From a virus: a DNA stretch of 64,000 bases. A model generated the notes under the pieces. The model did no database searches. It was not told where the DNA came from and saw nothing but the letters and a program-made list of their open reading frames with translations. The translations under genes and the position numbers were made by a program. Every line of letters begins with the position of its first letter. Position 1 is the stretch's first letter. Positions 34,917 through 42,827 of the stretch are shown in pieces. The DNA is taken from the IMG/VR virus record IMGVR_UViG_3300032294_002055, positions 7,878-71,877 of that record. One strand, 5' to 3'.

Positions 34917-36797
34917 AATAGCACCGCCTAAATCAAAACCTCCATGAGGGTTAAAGAACTGCGTCTGCTGTCCCGGATTAAATGTTTCTCTAAATATATG
35001 AGTTAGTGCGGGGTCTTCAAGAATAGGCTCATTCAGGATAATGCGAGCAAGACAGAAAGCAAAGTTGATCGCGTGCAGAGTATCGTCTGCTTTTGATCCA
35101 TGGCGTTGATACCTAAACCCTGAATTACCTCCAACTGTTTCTGTTGGTACGCGATAAAGATTTAATAATTCAAGAAGTCGTTCTTGTGCAAGTTCCCAAG
35201 CGTAACAACGAATTCTTCTGTTTTTAATAGCCTGATAAAGACTAGTAATGGATTCAGTTCTGTTCAGTGAATACTGGTTGAACCAACCGGGGCCGCTACT
35301 GGGTGCTTTAATAAGCGCAGACTGTGGACCTACGTAACCGAAGATGAAATGTCTCTCTGGGCGAATAATGGGATTCTCGCGCAGAAGCATATTATACGCA
35401 GCACCCACACCAAAGTCAGAAGCTATACCTATGCAATGGTAAGCCTTATGATCTTCACAGATTTGGTTTGAAATGCTTCTATAGTCCATACCAGAGTACT
35501 GTCTGATATGTAAAATCTCAATACTACCATCCCAGCAAATACCGAGGATGACATGTACGGTGTATGATACTTTAGTTTTAGAGGCTGGGTTATAATCAGA
35601 ACCACCCCAGTCACATCCTGACACTGTGTACTTATAACGCCCCTGCTCAGGGCCTGATAAACTTTTTAATGTCTCAGGCGTTTCAGGTAGAACACACATG
35701 TTCTTTAGATCCTGTGTTGTAATTTCCCTCATACCCTCTTCTGTGGGAATACCTAAAATTTCCTGTAGGAACTTTTTAATGTCGTAGCTCTGGAAGGCAT
35801 TCCAGATTTCCATCCATTTCTGAGGAATGTTAGCGTACTCAGGAATAATGATCTGAGGAATATGGAAGCCTAAGTAACCCTGATCAAAATTAGATTGAAG
35901 CTGGTGCACGAATCTACCATCGGTTACATCAATTACTTTTCCTGTAGCCGGATTAGTAATTCCTTGAGGCTGAATAGATTTAAGGACATCGTCTTTATCA
36001 GAGCAATTAAGCCAGCCATGTCCTGCGCTATTGGAGTGATAACCGGGAGCTCTGATTAACCAGGCAGACTGACTAGACTCTAGAAATTTAGTTTCTAATA
36101 ATGAGTCAGTAATAGTGGATGTACCTGCATAAATAGTGGTAGGCATACGTGATGCCTTTTGGCACTGTTCAATATCAGGAAGGAAGTCGGGATCAAGTAA
36201 CTGACACTCATCAAACAGCGCTTCGTCTGTAGTTTTAGAACGGGCCTCTTGTGTGTCCGTTAAACACTTGACCATCTGAATTACGGACTCGTTTGGATAC
36301 TCTTTATATTTTAAGTTCTGTCTATAATCTTTATGTACCTGATAGAACCTAAAAGCCCTCTCCATTTCCCGAACACGGTTCGCGTATGTATCCAAGAATG
36401 ATTGGTGCGGAACGATATACATACTGCGCCTTTTACGCATAATGTGTGCGTACATTAACTGCCTAGCAGATAGCGACGTAGACTTTCCAATCTGACGTCC
36501 AGCGCGTATACTCAGAAAACCACCAATCTGCATATGAAACATTGCAAACGAATATGGCCTTGCGGTACAGGATAGTGGCTTATCGTATGGGTACTGAGGA
36601 AAGAAGTAGGGAACAAGCAACCCAGCATTGTATTTGCAAAGTCTATAAATATCTATTATCCTACTGGCAATTTTGTCACTGCCGTGCGGGTCTCCTTCAG
36701 TTTCTTTTTCTAATCGTTTGATATCGTCAGTTAAAGCTTTAAGCTTATACCGAAACTCCGCATTTGTTTTGACTTCCCAGTTTAAATCGATGTACAT
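34908..36797 (-). CDS. terL: terminase large subunit
   Basis: Walker A RAGRQIGKSTS, Walker B ALFDECQ, nuclease motifs GCDWGG and ADDTLHA. Confidence 0.9.
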   Translation of the reverse strand: MYIDLNWEVKTNAEFRYKLKALTDDIKRLEKETEGDPHGSDKIASRIIDIYRLCKYNAGLLVPYFFPQYPYDKPLSCTARPYSFAMFHMQIGGFLSIRAGRQIGKSTSLSARQLMYAHIMRKRRSMYIVPHQSFLDTYANRVREMERAFRFYQVHKDYRQNLKYKEYPNESVIQMVKCLTDTQEARSKTTDEALFDECQLLDPDFLPDIEQCQKASRMPTTIYAGTSTITDSLLETKFLESSQSAWLIRAPGYHSNSAGHGWLNCSDKDDVLKSIQPQGITNPATGKVIDVTDGRFVHQLQSNFDQGYLGFHIPQIIIPEYANIPQKWMEIWNAFQSYDIKKFLQEILGIPTEEGMREITTQDLKNMCVLPETPETLKSLSGPEQGRYKYTVSGCDWGGSDYNPASKTKVSYTVHVILGICWDGSIEILHIRQYSGMDYRSISNQICEDHKAYHCIGIASDFGVGAAYNMLLRENPIIRPERHFIFGYVGPQSALIKAPSSGPGWFNQYSLNRTESITSLYQAIKNRRIRCYAWELAQERLLELLNLYRVPTETVGGNSGFRYQRHGSKADDTLHAINFAFCLARIILNEPILEDPALTHIFRETFNPGQQTQFFNPHGGFDLGGAISG

Positions 36798-36799
36798 AT

Positions 36800-37036
36800 A
36801 TGGCTTTCTCTTACACAGCTAATTCTTTAAGGCACATCCGTCCCAATCGTTTTTTTAAAGCTAGATTTAGAAATATTAGATGGAATAGAGATGATACTAT
36901 TGTTGTTGACAGCGCTCCTGTCAATGATAATAAATTCGTACCTACTGACCCTGAGATAGTAAATGAGCAGCTGCTCAATACATTGAATAACACAAATGCC
37001 AAACTCGAAAGAATCAGAAACCGCTACAACGGATAA
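36800..37036 (+). CDS. hypothetical protein
   Basis: 78-aa ORF divergent from terL. Confidence 0.45.
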   Translation: MAFSYTANSLRHIRPNRFFKARFRNIRWNRDDTIVVDSAPVNDNKFVPTDPEIVNEQLLNTLNNTNAKLERIRNRYNG

Positions 37037-37454
37037 AGTTGATAAGGCGGAAAATAAATTGTCTGAGAATTTTCAAAAAGCTCTTGAAGCGCTTCAATAT
37101 ATCGCTAAAAAGCTTCCAGAAACTGAAAAGGCATTTGACCCCGTATCTTATTTAATTAAATCTCTCAAAGACAGCGATGTCCTAATCGAGTATAAAATTA
37201 TAGCTCACAGTAAGAATGGAGAAATATTTAATATTGAAGGAGTAAACAATCTACCCAGACTGTTTGATGAATCGATGCTTCCAGAAGCGCCTACCAATTT
37301 TGAACATGCATTTAACTCCAGTATTATTCGTCCTGCGTTAAATGCCTTCATGAAATACACTCGGGATAAAATTGAAGAATACAAGAAACCAACTTCAGTC
37401 TCCCAATCGTTAATGCTACCCCCTACAGATAAGACAGACTTCATATCAGAATAA
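36996..37454 (+). CDS. hypothetical protein
   Basis: 152-aa ORF ending 4 nt before thyA. Confidence 0.55.
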   Translation: MPNSKESETATTDKVDKAENKLSENFQKALEALQYIAKKLPETEKAFDPVSYLIKSLKDSDVLIEYKIIAHSKNGEIFNIEGVNNLPRLFDESMLPEAPTNFEHAFNSSIIRPALNAFMKYTRDKIEEYKKPTSVSQSLMLPPTDKTDFISE

Positions 37455-37458
37455 AGTT

Positions 37459-39057
37459 ATGATTGAGTACCAAAAGTTAATGAGTCATGTGTTAGAGAAT
37501 GGCGTGTACAAAATGGATAGAACTGGCACAGGTGCTATCTCTGTATTCGGTACACAGAGTCGTTACAATTTAAATGAGGGCTTCCCTCTAGTGACGACAA
37601 AGAAGATGTTTACCAGAGGCGTAATTGGCGAGCTTCTATGGTTCATAGAAGGTAATACCAATGCGCGTTACCTGGAAGAAAAATACGGAATTAAATTCTG
37701 GAAAGATTGGGCTGACCCTGAAACTGGGGAGCTTGGTCCTTTGTATGGTAAGCAGCTACGGAATATTGAGTATTCTTATTGGATAGAGCCGAGACTACGC
37801 GTTCAGCCTCCAGAAGAATTAGTTTTAACGCCTATCTTTGATAAGAATGTTGTTGTGGATTATTTGTCTGGTGAGTCGGTATATTTGGGTAAAACAATAC
37901 AAACCAAAGAATGCGGACTTTGCACAGTTATTAAAGAAATTTCAATACCTGGAGAGAGAAGCCAATTCGATGTAAAATTCCACGATACAGGTTACGTACG
38001 TCGTGTAGATTATGCAACTGTACAAACTGACGCAATTAAGGACCCATACTGTCAGTCTGTATATGGCGTAGGTTACTACGGCGAGTTCGCTGAAGACGAA
38101 CACACATCTATGTTAAAAAATGTGTGGCGTGAAATGCTGCGGCGCTGCTACAACTCTAAAAGTGATTCTTATAAAAGTTACGGAGCTAAAGGTATTCACG
38201 TAACCCCGGCGTGGCTTTGCTTCGCTACTTTCAACAAAGACGCTAGAACTTTAACGAACTGGAACTGTCGTTTAGAATATGGTGCCGAATATGAGTTGGA
38301 TAAAGATGTGCGCTATGCCGCCAATTACTACAGTAAAGAAACTTGTATGTGGTCTTCCAAGCTGGAGCAAAGCTACAACACATCGACTAATAGACCTTTC
38401 AAATGTGTAAATCCTGCAGGTGAAGAATTTTTCTTTCGTTCAGTAGGGGAAGCAAACAGAAAGTTTAATTTAAATGTTTCTGCAGTGCATCGTTGCCTAA
38501 ATGGAGAACTTCAAACGCATCACGATTGGAGTAATTTTGAGTATGTATGTGAGGAGGGTAAAGTTTGTAGGACGCGAGTGATTGATCAGCTAAAAGAGGT
38601 TATAGCTGAAATTAAGCATAACCCTAATAGTAGAAGATTAGTCATTAGTTTATATAATCCTCACGAGTTGGATAAAATGAACTTACCTCCTTGTCATGGT
38701 AGCGTAATTCAATTTTTTGTAGATGACGAAAAAAGATTGAGCTTACATATGTATCAGCGAAGTGGAGATGTATTTATAGGTGTCCCTGTAAACATTGCCA
38801 GCTACTCATTGCTGTTAATGATGGTTGCTCAGGTTACTGGTTATACACCGCATGAATTTATTCATACTATCGGTGACGCTCATTTATATTCCAATCATAT
38901 TGAGCAAGCCAAACTCCAGCTTTCCCGAGAACCTCTGGAAAGTCCTATTATGAAGATCAATCCCAATATTAAAAATATTGATGGCTTCAAATATACGGAT
39001 TTTGAATTGGTGAATTACGAATGTTATCCTGCTATCAAAGCAGAGATTGCCGTTTAA
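37459..39057 (+). CDS. thyA: thymidylate synthase with in-frame HNH endonuclease insertion
   Basis: [45 protein letters not shown]; about 270 aa longer than typical ThyA. Confidence 0.95.
   Translation: MIEYQKLMSHVLENGVYKMDRTGTGAISVFGTQSRYNLNEGFPLVTTKKMFTRGVIGELLWFIEGNTNARYLEEKYGIKFWKDWADPETGELGPLYGKQLRNIEYSYWIEPRLRVQPPEELVLTPIFDKNVVVDYLSGESVYLGKTIQTKECGLCTVIKEISIPGERSQFDVKFHDTGYVRRVDYATVQTDAIKDPYCQSVYGVGYYGEFAEDEHTSMLKNVWREMLRRCYNSKSDSYKSYGAKGIHVTPAWLCFATFNKDARTLTNWNCRLEYGAEYELDKDVRYAANYYSKETCMWSSKLEQSYNTSTNRPFKCVNPAGEEFFFRSVGEANRKFNLNVSAVHRCLNGELQTHHDWSNFEYVCEEGKVCRTRVIDQLKEVIAEIKHNPNSRRLVISLYNPHELDKMNLPPCHGSVIQFFVDDEKRLSLHMYQRSGDVFIGVPVNIASYSLLLMMVAQVTGYTPHEFIHTIGDAHLYSNHIEQAKLQLSREPLESPIMKINPNIKNIDGFKYTDFELVNYECYPAIKAEIAV
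37765..38577 (+). mobile_element. HNH/NUMOD-type homing endonuclease domain inserted in thyA (boundaries approximate)
   Basis: WREMLRRCY...[11 protein letters not shown]...W...LDKD...YSKETCMW...EQSYN plus NUMOD1-like [22 protein letters not shown]. Confidence 0.75.
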
Positions 39058-39076
39058 TTAACCTACTATATTTATC

Positions 39077-39106
39077 AAAGGGGTGCTCGTAACTGGGCAC
39101 CCTTTT
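39077..39106 (+). terminator. intrinsic terminator after thyA
   Basis: GGGTGCTC-GTAACT-GGGCACCC-TTTT. Confidence 0.8.
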
Positions 39107-39126
39107 GTGTTATATAAATTTGTACG
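39105..39126 (+). promoter_or_regulatory. 22-bp promoter-like repeat, copy 1
   Basis: TTGTGTTATATAAATTTGTACG, identical to 42293-42314; both copies are intergenic at the head of a transcription unit. Confidence 0.65.
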
Positions 39127-39157
39127 CACCGGAATTATCTAGGACGTACTTCACGTT

Positions 39158-41155
39158 ATGTTCTTACACATCAAACAACAAGTACAGAAGCGCTTTAATG
39201 AGCTTCTGCAAAATGGTCCCGTATTTTGCGTGGACGTCGATAAGGAAACGATCTGGGAAATGTACCTCGCTGCATTCCCGGAACAATACAGACAGGAGAA
39301 TACCTGTAACTGCTGTAAATCTTTTATCCGTCAGTTCTCAGGACTGGTAGGTATTAAAGATAACAAGGTCCTTACTCTGTGGGACTTTGAATGCACCGAT
39401 CCAGAGTATACTAATTCGGTTAAGGCAATGAGGGATTATATTCTCTCCTGCAAGATCGATTCAGTTTATGTTAATTCGTTCGCCAAGCTGGGAACGGATA
39501 AAACACCGGATACAAAACGCAGTCTGGTTTGGGAGCATTATTTTATTAATCTTCCCAATAACATGGTGATGCGTGAAGAAAGAATCGGACCGCATCAAGG
39601 TAATGCTAGGGATAATAAAAATGTCCTGAAGCGTTCTCTGGATGAGCTCACTGATGAAGCAGTGAATACTGTCCTTGAGCTGATTGATCAGAATTCTCTT
39701 TACCGGGGTAACGAACATAAAACTACACTGACTGAATTCCTTAAACTTAAGGAGCAGTACAAGAAGGTTCCTAATGCTCTTCGAGATAACTTCTGCTGGG
39801 TGCAGTCTACCAAGACTCATGCTGCAGTCTGCCGTATTCGTAATACGTCTATCGGTACGCTGCTGGTAGATCTGTCTGAAGGTCGCGACCTTGATAGCGC
39901 TGTCTCTGCGTTTGAACGCGTGGTGGCTCCCGCTAACTACAAGCGCCCTACCGCGCTGGTTACACCCAGGATGATTGAACAGGCGCAGGAACGTCTGACT
40001 GAGCTGAATATGCTTGGTTCACTTGAACGTCGTATTCTGGACAGCCGCGATCTCAATGTTAATAATACATTGTTCGTGCATCGTCCATCTGGTGGCGGTG
40101 TTTCCGATATCTTCGCAGACCTGAAGAAAGACACCATTGTCAATCCTAAGAGTCTGAATAAAGTTGAGGAGATCAGCATTCAGGACTTTGTGGATAAAGT
40201 TCTGCCTACTTCCAAATCTATTAAAGTTCTTGTGGAGAATATTCACATGCCGAACTTTGTTACTTTGGTCGGCGCTAAGAACCCGGATGATCCTACCATG
40301 TTCAAGTGGGGAAATAATTATTCCTGGGCATATACAGGGGATGTGACTGACTCGATCAAAGAGCGTGTAAAAGCTGCCGGTGGTAATATCACTGGCGTTC
40401 TGCGTATCAGTTTGTCATGGCATAACCATGATGATCTGGATCTGCATGTTCATGAGCCTAAGGGTTATCACATATACTTTGCTAACAAAATGTCACTGTC
40501 TCCATCAGGCGGTATGCTGGATGTAGATATGAATGCAGGTGGCGGTACAACTCGCGAACCAGTAGAAAATATCTTTTGGTCCGGAGAACCAAAGATGGAA
40601 GGTAAGTATTCTGTTGTTGTGAATAATTACTGCCGCCGTGATAATAAAGATGGGGGCTTTGAGGTTGAGATTGAGTACAACGGTGAAATTGAAACTTTCA
40701 CTTCTAGTACCAATGCAGCCACAGATAAAAATTTTAACATTGCTGAATTTAATTACACCAAGAAAGATGGTGTTCAGTTTATTAATTCTAGCGGTAAATC
40801 TAATATCGCTAAATATAATTCCAGAGAGAAGTGGGGTGTAAAGACCGGGCAGTTTGTTCCTGTTCGTGCTATCACTCTTTCTCCTAACTTCTGGAATGAT
40901 ACATCAGGAAACAAACATTATATGTTCCTGCTGGAAGGTTGTAAATCGGATGAGAAAACTCGTCCGTTTTTCAATGAGTTCCTTAAGCCTGAGCTTAGTG
41001 CAGATCGCAAGGTCTTCGAAATCCTGGGCAGTAAGGTAAATGTAGACAAGGCGGAAGATGAGCTGTCTGGTATCGGTTTCTCCGACACCGTACGGAATCA
41101 TGTTTTCGTTGAAGTCGAAGGCACATTCAAGCGTGTCGTCAAAGTTAAGTTCTAA
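39158..41155 (+). CDS. phage protein with YfaP/DUF2135-like domain
   Basis: LRISLSWHNHDDLDLHVHEP...LDVDMNAGG...PVENIFW; N-terminal CNCCK. Confidence 0.6.
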   Translation: MFLHIKQQVQKRFNELLQNGPVFCVDVDKETIWEMYLAAFPEQYRQENTCNCCKSFIRQFSGLVGIKDNKVLTLWDFECTDPEYTNSVKAMRDYILSCKIDSVYVNSFAKLGTDKTPDTKRSLVWEHYFINLPNNMVMREERIGPHQGNARDNKNVLKRSLDELTDEAVNTVLELIDQNSLYRGNEHKTTLTEFLKLKEQYKKVPNALRDNFCWVQSTKTHAAVCRIRNTSIGTLLVDLSEGRDLDSAVSAFERVVAPANYKRPTALVTPRMIEQAQERLTELNMLGSLERRILDSRDLNVNNTLFVHRPSGGGVSDIFADLKKDTIVNPKSLNKVEEISIQDFVDKVLPTSKSIKVLVENIHMPNFVTLVGAKNPDDPTMFKWGNNYSWAYTGDVTDSIKERVKAAGGNITGVLRISLSWHNHDDLDLHVHEPKGYHIYFANKMSLSPSGGMLDVDMNAGGGTTREPVENIFWSGEPKMEGKYSVVVNNYCRRDNKDGGFEVEIEYNGEIETFTSSTNAATDKNFNIAEFNYTKKDGVQFINSSGKSNIAKYNSREKWGVKTGQFVPVRAITLSPNFWNDTSGNKHYMFLLEGCKSDEKTRPFFNEFLKPELSADRKVFEILGSKVNVDKAEDELSGIGFSDTVRNHVFVEVEGTFKRVVKVKF

Positions 41156-41191
41156 TCCCAAACAAACCAAACAAACCAAACAAATAAAACA
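41156..41191 (+). repeat. CAAA-rich short repeat leader
   Basis: CCAAACAAA x3 directly before ATG 41192. Confidence 0.7.
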
Positions 41192-41587
41192 ATGGCACTC
41201 GAAACACTCGTAATCAAAGCCGCTCGTAAGAAGTGGCGCTTCGCAACCACCAAAGGTCACCTCAGCTTTGAGGACCTCTGGGATCTTAGCCTGGAGGCGC
41301 TCGATAAGATCGCCGTCGCTTTGGATGAGAAAATCCAGAAGGGCGGACGTAAGTCCTTCATCACCAAGCGTACCGAAAGCATGACCGAAGAACAGGGCAT
41401 GTTTGATCTGGTTTCTTACGTGATCGAAACCAAGATGGCAGAGGCTGATGCCGCTAAGGATCGCGCTGCTAAGCGTGGCCAGCGTGAGTTCCTTGAGGAG
41501 CTCAAGAAGAAGAAGCAAATCGCTACTCTCGAGGGTCTGTCTCTCGAGGAGATCGATAAGCAGATTGCTGCGCTTGGAGAAGAGTAA
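41192..41587 (+). CDS. phage coiled-coil protein, companion of the YfaP-like gene
   Basis: RFATTKGHLSFEDLWDL motif; strong high-expression codon bias. Confidence 0.6.
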   Translation: MALETLVIKAARKKWRFATTKGHLSFEDLWDLSLEALDKIAVALDEKIQKGGRKSFITKRTESMTEEQGMFDLVSYVIETKMAEADAAKDRAAKRGQREFLEELKKKKQIATLEGLSLEEIDKQIAALGEE

Positions 41588-41596
41588 CTAAACCAC

Positions 41597-41633
41597 GCCG
41601 CCAGGAGTTAATTCTCCTGGCGGCTTTCTTTTT
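41597..41633 (+). terminator. intrinsic terminator
   Basis: GCCGCCAGGAG-TTAATT-CTCCTGGCGGC-TTTCTTTTT. Confidence 0.9.
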
Positions 41634-41637
41634 ATCT

Positions 41638-41901
41638 ATGGATTTAATCGCATCGCTTGATACCTTTGAACAAAACTTATTAAAAATATCAGAGGAAGAA
41701 AATAAGTTTCCATTAGGTCTTAGTGAAGCTGAATTTAAGGCTTCATTTGTTCCTCAATTTTTAGCTACCATGGCTGCTAATAGATTTAATGATTATTGCG
41801 CCATGGATAAACAAGAAGAAATATCTTCTTTGCCTTTTGAAGATGCTGAATTTTTAGCTGAAGAGGTTTATAAAAAATATTACGAATTTAAAAATGGATA
41901 A
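41638..41901 (+). CDS. hypothetical protein
   Basis: 87-aa ORF. Confidence 0.5.
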   Translation: MDLIASLDTFEQNLLKISEEENKFPLGLSEAEFKASFVPQFLATMAANRFNDYCAMDKQEEISSLPFEDAEFLAEEVYKKYYEFKNG

Positions 41902-42271
41902 AATTTTAAACTATATCAAAGAACAACTACAGCTTACCAAAAATCAGAAAACATATACTGATTGGGAAGAAGCTAGAAGAGAAGGAGCTGAAGGTGTTCT
42001 TGAAGATTTGCTAGAACAATTTTCAAAAGTTAATACCGAGGGCACTCAAACCAAAATCGAGTTACTGTACAACGGTGACTATCCCGGGCACCCATGTGTG
42101 CGTGTAAACGATAAATGGCTTGATTCTAAAGAAGAAGTATCTCTATGTAAATTCTTTAATGTTAACGACCTTAAAGAGTTATATGATAAAGTAGGGCTGT
42201 CCAAAGATTGGGACGGTACAATTAGCGAAGAGCATAAACCTTTTGAAGGTACGCTCTCAATTCATAAATAA
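41894..42271 (+). CDS. hypothetical protein
   Basis: 125-aa ORF overlapping the previous stop. Confidence 0.5.
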   Translation: MDKILNYIKEQLQLTKNQKTYTDWEEARREGAEGVLEDLLEQFSKVNTEGTQTKIELLYNGDYPGHPCVRVNDKWLDSKEEVSLCKFFNVNDLKELYDKVGLSKDWDGTISEEHKPFEGTLSIHK

Positions 42272-42274
42272 TAT

Positions 42275-42314
42275 TTGCAATACTTAGTATTGTTGTGTTA
42301 TATAAATTTGTACG
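42275..42314 (+). promoter_or_regulatory. promoter of the ncRNA cluster (22-bp repeat, copy 2)
   Basis: TTGCAA (42275-42280) followed by TTGTGTTATATAAATTTGTACG (42293-42314). Confidence 0.65.
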
Positions 42315-42337
42315 GCAGTTAATACCTGTTGTGCAAT

Positions 42338-42481
42338 AAGCGTGTGGCGGAATGTAAAACGCAATTTCGTAAGTATAGTGGGAAACTGACCAGCCCAACG
42401 TAACTTAGGTAATCAGTGAACTGTCAGTCTAGCTGAGAACGAAGTTGGAGTCTATTGCAGGTTCAAATCCTGCCACGCTTA
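42338..42481 (+). tRNA. tRNA-Leu-like RNA with ~65-nt structured insertion in the anticodon loop
   Basis: Acceptor AAGCGTG/CACGCTT, discriminator A, Leu-type D arm GGCGGAATGTAAAACGC, T arm GCAGG-TTCAAAT-CCTGC, anticodon stem ATTTC/GAAGT, long variable region; no encoded CCA. Confidence 0.75.
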
Positions 42482-42488
42482 AAATTAA

Positions 42489-42616
42489 ATTGCTCTTAAA
42501 GCGCCCACGGCGTACCGAATGGTATTCTGTGACGGTTACAAGGCCGAATGCCTCGACTGGGTTTACAAAGTCGGTGCTGCTCTGCGCCTTTGCAGAGAAC
42601 GTTGAGTAAGAGCAAT
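42489..42616 (+). ncRNA. twister self-cleaving ribozyme (type P1)
   Basis: P1 ATTGCTCT/AGAGCAAT, U^AA cleavage site (42497^42498), P2 AGCG/CGTT, P4 CGG/CCG with loop TTACAAGG, 3' GAGTA; both pseudoknots (CC/GG and TAC/GTA) are complementary. Confidence 0.85.
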
Positions 42617-42649
42617 ATTGGAATGATATTAGTATAATGTTATTAGAGT

Positions 42650-42785
42650 AACTTCTTGGTAATAATATAAGTCAGCGAACAGGTTCTGCAAAACTTGTGG
42701 CGTCTGACCATCCCGATGAAACAATACCCAGCACATCAACAAGTACGCAGGCATGCAGAAGTTGATTGTGTCCTAAGTTGTAGGA
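42650..42785 (+). ncRNA. unidentified structured RNA
   Basis: No long ORF; nested stems GTCAG/CTGAC, ACAGGTT/AACTTGT, GCACATCAAC/GTTGATTGTGT (or AACTTCT/AGAAGTT) and TCCTA/TAGGA. Confidence 0.4.
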
Positions 42786-42822
42786 GAGCGTCCAGGTAGA
42801 AATACCTGGGCGCTTTTCTTTT
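42786..42822. terminator. terminator closing the ncRNA cluster, possibly bidirectional
   Basis: AGCGTCCAGGTA-GAAA-TACCTGGGCGCT followed by TTTCTTTT; the convergent kinase gene stops at 42828. Confidence 0.85.
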
Positions 42823-42827
42823 ATATA

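Noticed and set aside
37765-38577. Intein or group I intron in thyA
   Set aside because: No HN-[CST] splice junction or Hint motifs, and the insert is coding end to end; kept as a non-splicing insertion instead
39105-39350. 81-aa ORF overlapping the 665-aa gene
   Set aside because: Starts within the terminator/promoter and overlaps a well-supported gene out of frame
40904-41518. 204-aa minus-strand ORF
   Set aside because: Antisense shadow of two codon-biased plus-strand genes
42566-42577. AAGTCGGTGC resembling a Cas9 tracrRNA 3' end
   Set aside because: Short match explained as a hairpin strand inside the twister; no cas9 or array
42704-42735. CCCGATGAAAC resembling a SAM-I riboswitch or hammerhead core
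   Set aside because: The rest of the SAM-I consensus is missing, and there is no CUGANGA-stem-GAAA arrangement
42338-42822. tmRNA
   Set aside because: No GGGG 5' end or G3-U70 Ala identity, a full D stem is present, and the insert is too short for a tag ORF plus pseudoknots
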